This document shows positions 1 through 10,743 of a stretch of 46,791 bases of DNA, piece by piece; within the stretch, counting starts at the first letter, position 1, and every line of letters starts with the position of its first letter. The notes under the pieces were generated by a model, which saw only the letters and a list, made by a program, of their open reading frames with translations, was not told where the DNA came from and made no database searches. Source of the DNA: Stramenopiles sp. TOSAG23-2 (Eukaryota); assembly GCA_900128395.1 (NCBI GenBank), contig LT649278.1, positions 1 to 46,791 of the forward strand. The letters are read 5' to 3'. The translations under genes and the position numbers were made by a program.

Positions 1-756
1 CAATCGAGGCCAAATAATTAATTTATTTACAGAGCTAGATATGCCTTAATAGTTTGGACTACCGACGACATTTTACTAGGGTATGATAGATACTAGTGTA
101 TGGTAAATAATGTCCACCATTAATTATCTGATAGGAACAAGTAGCTCACGAGCATCATCAGATAGGGGAAAGTTCCTACACCTGAGTATACATATGCTGT
201 ACTCGGTACAACGAGGTGAGGAACTTTTAGATAAAGAAAAAGTCACTAAGAAAGAAGGGGCCTATCCTCACGGCATATATATATATATATATACATTAAA
301 TATATATATATGTAGATCTAAGAGTCATACACACATAGAGGATATGTTTCAAGATCATATTTATTAGACATTAATAGATATAGATCTACATAGTTAGTTA
401 AAATTTTTTCTTTTGGAAGGCAGCATATTCAGCTCCATGAGCTGGGCCATAAATCATCATTCATATGCCAACAAACACAACGTTGTATTAGAGAGTAAAT
501 TAAATTAAATTAAGGAAGTAAGCTTGAGTAGTCAGTAAGGTATATTTAGTTTACCTATCGCCGATTGTAAATAATTCATCCCAACAAAAAAAACAACATT
601 GAAATGACCAAAAAAAATAATTTAATAATAAATGACTTTCTTCAATCATACAAAACAGAACGTAAAAATTTGAAATAATAAGAACAAGTATATTTTTATC
701 GCATTTAACGAAAGAAATACTATACATACATATTATATATATAAACACAAAGATCA

Positions 757-1188
757 ATGAACTTGCGAGAGCGTGGTAGACAATACGAAGCCATGCAAAA
801 TCGAAATAATAGAAATGCATTATTTGGAAATAATCAATACAATAATAATAATAATAATAATAATAACCAATATTCTGGACAACAATCAGCTGAATATACC
901 AGAGATATTTTAACGGAACAAAATGATGCGATGCAAGATGAACTATTGTTAAAAGCGCAACAACTAAGGAGTGTTGTTACTGTTATTGGTGACGAAGTTT
1001 CTGAACATAATAGAATGTTAGGTGGTATGCAAGATAATATGAACAAAACCGATAGTTTATTAGGTACAACTTTAACAAAGTTAACTGAAATGGGGAAATC
1101 TGGTGGTAGTAAACATATGTGTTATATGGTTTTATTTTTTTTCTTTATGATATTTTTGTTATATTGGAATGCATTTCGTAAATCATAA
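757..1188 (+). CDS. BET1: Qc-SNARE, Bet1/BET1-like ER-Golgi SNARE
   Basis: 143-aa ORF with a SNARE coiled coil (EQNDAMQDELLLKAQQLRSVVTVIGDEVSEHNRMLGGM...LLGTTLTKL) followed by a C-terminal transmembrane anchor (HMCYMVLFFFFMIFLLYW), the typical Bet1 layout. Confidence 0.85.
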   Translation: MNLRERGRQYEAMQNRNNRNALFGNNQYNNNNNNNNNQYSGQQSAEYTRDILTEQNDAMQDELLLKAQQLRSVVTVIGDEVSEHNRMLGGMQDNMNKTDSLLGTTLTKLTEMGKSGGSKHMCYMVLFFFFMIFLLYWNAFRKS

Positions 1189-1608
1189 AATACAGAAAAT
1201 GTCATTATATGAATGTACATGTTGATTTATTTTCATTATGTTCATGTATATATATATATATTATATATAAATGTAGTATAATATTGTGAATGTGTGTGAA
1301 TAAAATCTCATTTTAAAAAATATAAAATTTAAAATACTTGATAATAAAAATAAAAAAATAATACGCGTCCCGTAATAAAATATTTTAAGTAAAGTGTCAT
1401 TTTTGTTAAAAAATACTCGTACATCGTATATATAATGTACGAGAATTAATATATCGTATTCATCATATATATATAAATAAATTAAATTTCAAAAAAACAC
1501 ACTGCTATATGTGTACGTATTTAATACTCATATTTAAAAAAATACACCTCTTCACACCACGCAGAGATACAACATGTTCTATATATTAATTATATACTTC
1601 GTATATTT

Positions 1609-4600
1609 TTATACAATAGCAGTATTACCATTAATCACTCCTGCTTCATCATTGTTCACGATATTATTTTCGTCAACAGCAACAACAACAGCCGTTTCTT
1701 CCTCTATTACATCAGCAGCATTATTGTTTGTAATACCATTTTGACTATTAATTATATTTTCTGGTTTAACCCATGGATGTTTTAAAGCATCAAATGCACT
1801 TGCTCTTTTCTTTGGATTAAATGCTAATAATGGAACTAAAAACTCCGCAAATCCTTTTGCATCTTCTGGTTTAAAATGATATTTTTCTACCAATACATCT
1901 TTTAAACTCCATAGACGTAAATCAGTAATATGTTTCAATTCACCTTTTTTATTGAAGAAATTCTTTGAATATTTACCAGACAACGCAACTTTCTTTGGTA
2001 TTTTTCCTAATAATTCACACATTTGCGCCAAATGGTCTTCGTCTCTGTCATAATCATCCGTTTCTGATGCTCTTGGATCAAATAATAAATCACCCGTCGC
2101 GAGTTCAAAAATTAGACATGCAAGGGACCATATATCAGCAGACGTATCATACTTTGCGCCAACAATAACTTCTGGACATCGATATTGCCGTGTTTGAATA
2201 TCTGAAGCAAAATGTTTATATGTCCAACAGGCATTACCTAAATCTACAATTTTAATATCAAATGCAGATAATGACGATTGATCTTGATCGTTTCCATCCA
2301 TATTTGATGAGTTATTCTTGTCGTCGTTATTATTATTAATTACTGTATCTGCTTTTGCATTTTCAAGCTCTATTTTCATATTAATCATATCATCATTTGT
2401 ATCTCGTAAGTTAAAATCTACTAAATCTACTGGCCATCCCTCTAAACGGGTTTTAATTGGAAAGATCATTACTTGTTGCAATGTTTCTCTACCACGAGAG
2501 ACACTAGGGTCTTCCGTTGATATTGTGCGCGTTAATGATGGAGGTGGCAATGGTGGAGCATTATCTAATTTTTTATCCTTAGTAGATGGTGCCTGTGGCG
2601 CTGGGGGAGGATTATTATCATTATTACCTGGCAATACAGTAGATAAACTATTTGTTTTCGTTGTTTGTAATGATGTAGTTGATGGTGTAGCTTCACTTAA
2701 TAATTGTACACCTTCTAATGTCAATGGTGAATCTGGACACAAGGATAAACCTAAAATATATCCATCGAATGGACTTTTCTCCTTGCCCAATAATTTAAAA
2801 CCATCAGCTAATTTTCTATTTGCAATATAGAAACTTTCCGGTAATTCTGATACTGTATTAAGACCAATATTATTGCCAGTTGTTGTAACCATATCATTTG
2901 TGGCTGGTTTACTATCATCTTGTTTCTTCTTTTTCTTTTTCTTCTTCTTTTTTTTATTTGCATCGTTGTTGTTATTACTGTTGTTATTTGTAGGCACTAC
3001 TACATCACGTACATCATTCATAACTTTTTTGTATCTTAAAAATACAAGATCATCGCATTTATGTTCTAGAAAACTTAAGACTACTAATGCATAACTAGCA
3101 TCAAATGTTACTTTCCAAATTAATTCAGGATCTTCATCTTCATCAAGTAATCCGCCTTCTTCGTCGTCGTCAACGTCTTCTTCTTCATCTTCTTCTTCTA
3201 CCAGTGCTTCCTTATCTTCGCCATCGTTATTTTCGTCATCACCATCTTCTTCCTCGTTATCCTCATAATCGCTATAATCAATCGTATCGATTCCACATGA
3301 TTTTCGAAATTGACGCAACGTATGGTTTTTATCTTCACCAACGCATCTGACAGCAAACCTTGCTTTATTAGTTGGTGAAACATCTTCACGATGTTGTGCA
3401 CATAAATACCACGAACGTTCATCCGATGCTGTTTCATCATCGTTATTATCTTCCGTGCTTAAAGCTAATTCAGTTGGTAGACCTAATGCTTTTACTAACG
3501 TCCCATACGAGGTGATGAAAAAAACTGTACATGATTTCGATTTAATTGGATCCGTCCATTCTGATGGTGAAATAGACATTTTATTCCATTCAAAACTTAC
3601 AGGTTCGCCAGTCCCACAACTTCCTAAATTAAAATTTGGACTATATAAATTATGAACATATGGTTTCTCTGAATTTAGCTTGACTGCAACGGTATTTTCT
3701 TTCTTCGCGTTACTACCATTAATTTGATCATTTCCCTTTAACTTCATCTTATCAACTGCATTTGTCAATGCATCCATTGTTCCATCCGTATCATTTTTCT
3801 TTTTTTTAGAATCATCCACATTATTATTACTATCAGCATCTGTTTCTACAATTTTTGTAACATTTAATTGTTTCAATGCCGTATCTTTCTTTGCAGTTGC
3901 AGCGGCTAATTTGGCTGCTTTTTTCTTTGCCTTTTGCTTTTTACGCTTTAATTTTTTCTTCATTTTCTTCCGTTCCTCTGGTGTTAATTTGGACCAATCA
4001 ATCTCCTCCTCAGCTTTGTTGTTATTATTATTATTATTATTATTGTTGTTGTTGTTGTTGTTCGATACTCCACTACTCGTATTATTATTAATATTATTAT
4101 CATTATTACTTGTATTAGCATTTGAACCAACATCAACATTTGAACCAGTTGCAGCGATACGTTTTAAATCTTTGTAATCAGCTGGTTTTGCTAATAATAC
4201 ATTTTCAGGTTTTAAATCCGTATGAATGATTTGACAAATGCGATGTAAAAAATCTAATCCAATAAGTATTTGTCGAGAAATATGTCTGACGACAGGCAAT
4301 GGAATGCCAGTATAATTGTAACGTTTTATCAATGATAATAAATTTTCCCCAAGCGCTTCAAAAACCATACCAACATGTTTACCATTTGGCCCAACGTGTT
4401 CAAAACAATCCATTAACTTTACTACTGGTACATCAGACACACCAATCTTTGTTGCCCCTTTTTGTACAGCTTTTAAAAGTTCGATTTCATCCCATGCTGC
4501 TTCTGTATAATGTTCCGCTGATTTTTGTATTTTCAATGCCACATTTTTACCATCATTACTATTACTAACAAGCCATACAGTTGAAAAATGACCCCATCCT

Positions 4601-4861
4601 AATTTTTTTAAAACTAAGTATTTATTGTTATAAACTTCACCTAATTTTACAGGATGATATCCACCAATTTTATATCCATCAGCACCTTCATCATCATCGT
4701 CGGAATAATCTTCATCGGAGGAATCTTCATAGCTTGACTCTTCCTCACCTTCCTCTGTATCACTAGTTGTCTCTTCTTCTACACCTTCTTCTCCTTCTAC
4801 GCCTTCCTCTTCTTCGTCTTCTTCATCGTCTTCATCGTCTTCAAACTCTGCTGCATCATCA

Positions 4862-4894
<33 letters not shown>

Positions 4895-5331
4895 CTTTCA
4901 AAAATTTGTTCCGGCTTAACATCAACTTTATTTGTTGTTAATGGAGATATACCAGTCATTCTGGATTTTATTAAATCCTTTGTTGGTGTTAGGAGATTAT
5001 TTTTCTTTACACCAACTGTTATTGGTGATACTGGTAATGGTACCTTACCAGTAATAGTTGGTGCTGGTAATGGCGGTGCTGATAACGTTGATGGTGCAGG
5101 TGGTGGTGATGGTGAAGATTCTTTAACTTGTGTTCCTTCCATCTTCACCTCATTTTTTCCGTCGTTATTATTATTATTTTTCTTTTTCTTCTTCTTCTTC
5201 TTACGTTTCTTTTTTGCATTATTTGCATTATTATTATTATTAATATTATTATTACTGCTATTATTATTACCATCCATCATTGTTGGTGATGGTGGCGATG
5301 ATGATAATACATTGAATGTATTAGTCGACAT
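1609..5331 (-). CDS. SRPK: SR-protein kinase (SRPK family, CMGC) with a long spacer insertion
   Basis: SRPK signature motifs: YKIGGYHPV, LGWGHFSTVWL, ALKIQKSAEHYTEAAWDEIELL, IIHTDLKPENVLL, then after the insert KIVDLGNACW, DIQTRQYRCPEV, LATGDLLFDP, RDEDHLAQMCELLG. Confidence 0.95.
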
Positions 5332-6279
5332 AATTGTTATCTTTGTTGTTATATTTTTGTATGCAAGTTGTATATATATGTATGTATATATATATATATC
5401 ACTATGATTAGTCGTCTTTTGTTTATTGTTTCTATTTTTTGAAAAGCATTGAATTGAATAGTGATTTATTTGATTTTTTTGTCTGTAGTTGTATGTTAAT
5501 AGTGTTGTTGCAATAATGTAATAAAGCTACCAAATATTAATATTAATACATGCTGTGTGGTTGTGCCAGCTAAGGCCAGCTGGCGGTGGAATATTATTGT
5601 TGATTATGATATTTTTATGGATGTAGAAGCAAATACTAGGATGGAAATAGCATTGAAACCCTATAAAGAACAACAAGGCTTACCACCTGGTGGTATGTAA
5701 TATGTCATGTTTTTGTATACAGCCTTGTATGTCAAATAACAACATACATGTAACCCAAGGCTCTTAATATAAACATATCTTTATGCCATAAGGCAGGATC
5801 AAAACAATATGTTATGATGAAAAAAAAACATAGACGTGATGTTACAAATTTTACTTACAGTTTTTTCAGGATTGCTGCCTTTCTTCGGAAGATCGCTGGG
5901 CTTGCGTTTAACGCTTTTTCCATTTGTCTGTTTAATGTTTCGTTTGGTTAGCTGTGGCAATTTAGCAAGAAAAGAACATGAAAAATTAAGTGAATTTAAA
6001 TGTATACAAATCAGGTACCAACTCCTATAAGACCTGAGTGGTATAGCTTAAATAATGCAAATCGGGTGATTTGCACACTCTGCTCAAAACATGAACATAT
6101 GTTTCGTGGTCAACAATTGAATTGTATGGCGCGAAAGGGAAAAGGTGGGCAATTATCTCATGTTCTACAGGATACTTGCAAAAGTTTCGAAAACGTTGTG
6201 CTGGTGGGGGAGGGAAAAGCACAAGATTACATGGTTAATAGTAGGTACATAGCATTACAGTAAATTATAAATTATATAT

Positions 6280-9200
6280 CACACCAGTTACTAGCCCCAA
6301 TTGTTTTAAGGAAACAGCCAAAAAACAGGTTTATTTTTTGAATAAGTTATTTGATAGGTATTTCTTGCATATTTTACAATACCATATTTTCATACTAAAT
6401 CAATAATGGATGGATCGATAATAAAAACAATGTTATCAATACCTGGTAATGTAGAAAATACTTTATTAATCATATTTTCTATTTACAGTATGTTCTGTTT
6501 GTATAATTCATAAAAAATATTGTCTTATGATTCGTTATGAAATGATCTAATATGTCTGGAATACCACCAATGATGGTAGTTGTCGTCGTCTATATCCACG
6601 CAATTCGAAATAAGCAATTCGAAATATAAAAAAATAGGAGGTTCTTCTTCCGCCTCCTGCCTCCTGCCTCCTCTCGTCCGCATTTAACTCTCTAGACTAC
6701 CAACAGGTGGTATACCAAACTGTTGAAAGCAAGCCTATGTCCATGCTGTGGCAATTTTGCTGCTGAAACAAACAATAATTTTGCACCTACGTCCCACGTC
6801 ATGTGGTGGTTGTTCGCTCATTATTATTATTTTTATATTAGTATATAATAATATATAATTATATTGTTGTTGTTGTTGTTGGTTGTTGGCCATATATATG
6901 GTTGGATTTTGTTGTGTAATTTTTGTTATCAAGATATTGGCACCTACTACATCCTTTAAACATTTTTGTTTGTGAAAGAGAACGAGGATAATCCACGCAA
7001 TAATACCATATTTCAAAACAAAGACATAAAAAATAATGCATCGTACAAAATTATGTATCCTATTCATGCTGCTTGCGACGGCAAGTAACACAGAAGCAAC
7101 GAAGTGGAAGTGGGTTGTTGCCAAAGATTTGTGCGCGGGTATTATTGGCGACTGCCAAAACGCAAATGAATGTACAACCACTGCTGTTGGTCCGTGTGAA
7201 GGAGGTGAAACCTCGCCAAAAGCATATTTAAAATCGCGTTTTGTTGGAATGGCATTTGTTAATTTGGAAAAATATTTAGCATGTGCTGATCCGAATTCTT
7301 GTAACGATATGAAAATAATACAACCCTCTGGACTTGGTTATCGAGATTATTCTGGAGCAAAAACGACACCAAATGGGGGGAAGTATGCATATATGATGTC
7401 TGGCAACACGTTTGGTACTAACAGTGCTGATGTATATGCAGGAGTTGCATCGTATATTAACACAGGAGACAAAAATATTGAAACTTCCACAAACGTAGTT
7501 TATGCTGCTGGCACCACAACTGCCGCAAGAGTTTCGCGAGGTGATAGCACGATTGGTGCGCCAAATGGCCCTTTCGAGGTGTGTATTGTAGAACCATCGT
7601 CGACATCGGGCGTTTGCAAAAAGAATGCTATGTTTGAACCTGGAGCATTAAAGTTTTCCGTATTTGGCTATACTATAGTTGCTCCAAATATAGTCGCAGA
7701 TTCAGGATTGGATTATTTTGGTGTTCGCATGGAGTTACAAGCTGTGGGCTTCGACGTAAATGAAGTTCTAGTCGGAACACACGACACTCATTTCCATAAA
7801 TTCAGTGAATTCGATATTAATTCGCAGGTGAAATCGTTGTCATTAATCCATGCTTCGGGTGGGATAAATATCGAATTCCCCGAAATGTACAATGCTGGTA
7901 GTGTTAACTCGGGTGACTCGGGTGAAATCTTTCCCGTGGCTTCAACAAAGCATGTAAAAATCCGCATTCATGGAGTTGATGGGGAAAAGCAAAGCATTTA
8001 TATCGACTATCTGTTTCACCAAAATCCTGATTTCACAATTGATAATAAATACTTTATGTACGATCCAACAATAACTGAGGTAAAGAGCAAGGACTATACA
8101 TCAAAAGCGCCGGCCGCTGCAATCAGCTTATACCTGATGATTGGCTCGGTTGCTGTTATTTTATGGAATTCTGTATGATTTCGAAATGATGACAAGATGG
8201 TCAGTAAGGTAGGGAAGGATAGTTTGGTGGCTACTCACTCACACCTTTACAAATGGCAGCATTTAAAGAACAGTTGGGGATCATCCAGTTCCTCAAAAAT
8301 GTATGCTGCGGAAGCATTTGAGCATATTCAACAAGTGTATTCCATAACAGCACTCTACCTTTGTTTGATGCCGGTCGAAATATTAAAAAAATCACTCGTA
8401 GAAATATCAGAGTATATATATTTGTGTAAAAAATACGTATTATTGATGATAATCATACGCTTCCCGTAAAATATTTAATATTAAAGTTTACACTCCCTGT
8501 CTCTCCCTTGTAATTTTTTTAAAAAAATGTATACGAATAAAATGTTCTCTTACTCATATATTACATAAAAAAAAATATATATATGTGTGTGTATCACACA
8601 TAAAAAACAAATTTTTGTAAAAATATATCTTTTTTTTTAATTTTACTCCAGAATATGATTACGTACATGAAGTACCAATCCCTGTTAAGGACAACATTAC
8701 CCCGGTATAAATATACACCCCGGTGTATATTTTATTATTAGAAAACAAATAAAGCTGCGGAGGAGAAATAATATCAACATACACACTCTCTACTTGACTC
8801 AAAGTTAAGTAAACCCTCATGTTCATGTTGGCACTATTTTGGTGTTGTTGTGTTTCTCTAAGACCTCATTGGAAGCATCTCGATCGTATCTTTGTATACA
8901 ACATTTCCCACATGGTTGCCGCTGACCCTGTTTATTATATATATATGGCGTGTTCAGCCTCCACTTTTCATAAAAATTATCTCGGCATGGAACGCTACAA
9001 AAATGTATTTGTGCTTTTCCTTGGTAGGATAAACATTGGAAGGAATTCTTCTCAGCTACTGGTGATACTATTTCTCTATGTATTTGCCCTGTTGCTGGTT
9101 GTGGTGATTGAAATATGGAACTATTTGTGCGTTTTTTTTCCCTTGTCGATCTATATTATTTTTCGTGCAACAATAGCCAACTATAGTATATTTCCAAGCA

Positions 9201-9622
9201 ATTATGGTCAATTTATCCACGTATCACTTTATAAAAACTTAACTAGCCGAAAAGTTTATACAAATGATATCAGTTTCGTTTAGAGTATTAGGCTGGGGTA
9301 CTAAAAAGCCACAAGACTTGTTTCTATGTGTTGCGGTTCCAGAGAAATTGACTTTTTTTAAAATCGATGTTTTGTGTTTAAGTGCTAGAGTCCAATTAGT
9401 ATATATATACGCTTGAAAAAGACATGTGTACTGTATTCGATTAGTCTGGAGGGGCAAACTAGAATAAATGATGCCACCTCGGTTTCTGTGTGAGGTGATA
9501 TCAATATTTAGTATGAAAATATGGTATTGTAAAGTATGCAAGAAATACCTATCAAATAACAAATATTTTAGACACTCCTTAAATCAAGGCCAAATATCGT
9601 TGGGACTATAGTAACTGGTGTG
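6280..9622. mobile_element. Putative non-autonomous TIR DNA transposon (CAC...GTG termini, 3-bp TAT flanks) carrying a cargo gene
   Basis: 6280-6293 CACACCAGTTACTA is the exact reverse complement of 9609-9622. Inner block 6346-6400 matches the reverse complement of 9506-9560 at 54/55 nt. TAT lies immediately outside both ends (6277-6279, 9623-9625). No transposase ORF recognised inside. Confidence 0.65.
7036..8178 (+). CDS. Hypothetical secreted / membrane- or GPI-anchored protein
   Basis: Intact 380-aa ORF with an N-terminal signal-peptide-like segment (MHRTKLCILFMLLATASNTEA), a Cys-rich N-terminal part, a beta-strand-like body and a hydrophobic C-terminus (AAAISLYLMIGSVAVILWNSV). Family not firmly recognised. 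Confidence 0.7.
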   Translation: MHRTKLCILFMLLATASNTEATKWKWVVAKDLCAGIIGDCQNANECTTTAVGPCEGGETSPKAYLKSRFVGMAFVNLEKYLACADPNSCNDMKIIQPSGLGYRDYSGAKTTPNGGKYAYMMSGNTFGTNSADVYAGVASYINTGDKNIETSTNVVYAAGTTTAARVSRGDSTIGAPNGPFEVCIVEPSSTSGVCKKNAMFEPGALKFSVFGYTIVAPNIVADSGLDYFGVRMELQAVGFDVNEVLVGTHDTHFHKFSEFDINSQVKSLSLIHASGGINIEFPEMYNAGSVNSGDSGEIFPVASTKHVKIRIHGVDGEKQSIYIDYLFHQNPDFTIDNKYFMYDPTITEVKSKDYTSKAPAAAISLYLMIGSVAVILWNSV

Positions 9623-9639
9623 TATTTTGATTGTGATAG

Positions 9640-9717
9640 GCTTTCTTCCAGCTTTCCAGGCTTTCTTCCAGCTTTCCAGCTTTCCAGCTTTCTGGCTTTC
9701 CAGCTTTCCAGGCTTTC
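9640..9717. repeat. Short imperfect tandem repeat of GCTTTCCA(G)/GCTTTCTTCCA units
   Basis: Sequence ctttcttccagctttccaggctttcttccagctttccagctttccagctttctggctttccagctttccaggctttc read directly. Confidence 0.9.
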
Positions 9718-9875
9718 TCATCATCCCACCAGCACAACCAACAAAAAAAACATAATAATAATAATAATAATAAATACAGATTAATATATACAAATATATA
9801 ATTACATATTGTACAAAACAACATAACAAAACAGAACATATCACAAACAAACAAACAAAAAAAACTACAACAGCA

Positions 9876-10418
9876 ATGGCATCATTTGGATCGTCCTCCT
9901 CAACTGGAAGTACATCCATTGAAGAAGCAATAGCAAATTTAAAAAATAGACAAAATACATTAGCTGAAATTGAACCAAATAATAATAATAATAATGAAGC
10001 TGATGAAAAAGACCCCAATGTTATACAGTGGAAGGATATGACAAAGGAACAACAAGAAATAACTTTAAAGCGACGATTTCAAAATTGCATGGTATATATT
10101 AAAAATCTTCCTTATAAAATAAAAGCAGAAGATTTAAAAATGTTATTTTCTAGATTTGGAGAGATTCTTAATATTGCGTTAGGAAATGAAGATGCAACAT
10201 TAGGAACAGCATTTATTGTATATAAAAAACAAAAACAAGCAAAAGCAGCAATCAATGCTTTACGTGGTTTTAAACTACGTGAACGATATTTAATTGTCCA
10301 ACCATATAATCCTTTAACAATGAAAGAAAAAGTAGAAAAACAAATTGAAAGACGTCGTGAACAAGTTAGTAATAGTAAAAAATCTAACGGAAATGCAAAA
10401 AAACAGCGTGTATCGTAA
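9876..10418 (+). CDS. SF3B6: SF3B6/p14 (SF3b14)-like RRM protein, U2 snRNP branch-site component
   Basis: The RRM VYIKNLPYKIKAEDLKMLFSRFGEILNIALGNEDATLGTAFIVY...ALRGFKLRERYLIVQPY follows the p14 pattern (Y-x-x-NLPYKI ... GN-x-x-x-T-x-GTA-x-x-VY ... RYL-x-V-x-x-Y). It is divergent and has an extra N-terminal extension. Confidence 0.75.
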   Translation: MASFGSSSSTGSTSIEEAIANLKNRQNTLAEIEPNNNNNNEADEKDPNVIQWKDMTKEQQEITLKRRFQNCMVYIKNLPYKIKAEDLKMLFSRFGEILNIALGNEDATLGTAFIVYKKQKQAKAAINALRGFKLRERYLIVQPYNPLTMKEKVEKQIERRREQVSNSKKSNGNAKKQRVS

Positions 10419-10743
10419 AATAAATAAATATTAAAAAGTTAATACAAATAATATCGTATGAGAATAAAATAAAAAATTATGCATTTATTACATTTTTCTT
10501 CTTCACAAAAATAAATAAATAATAAAAAAACCTCACACACACGCCCCATTCTCTCCTACGACTTCCGTAGATTTAGATTTTAAAAATTAAAATGTATTTT
10601 ACTCCTACACTATCATTTACCCTCTTCATCATTTATATATGACGAGAAATAATGTTCTTCGCGTATATTTTTCTACACCGCACACTATCCTTCTCTCTCT
10701 CTCATCATCACCACACTATCTCCTTCATTCTTTTCGTTGTTCA

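Noticed and set aside
125-164. Possible hammerhead ribozyme (CTGATGA on the minus strand followed by a small stem)
   Set aside because: No GAAA core follows stem II and the required three-stem arrangement could not be built.
5551-5700. Short open frame CCVVVPAKASWRWNIIVDYDIFMDVEANTRMEIALKPYKEQQGLPPGGM
   Set aside because: About 50 codons with no recognisable family and no convincing partner exon.
6000-6263. 87-aa ORF with W...ICTLCSKH, resembling a Zn-finger fragment of a transposase
   Set aside because: Only a single CxxC and no further ligands or catalytic motifs are recognisable. It lies outside the TIR-bounded element and is too weak to call.
8819-9562. ORFs 8819-9283 (+) and 9239-9562 (-) as an element-encoded transposase
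   Set aside because: No DDE or other transposase motifs. The composition looks like translation of AT-rich non-coding DNA.
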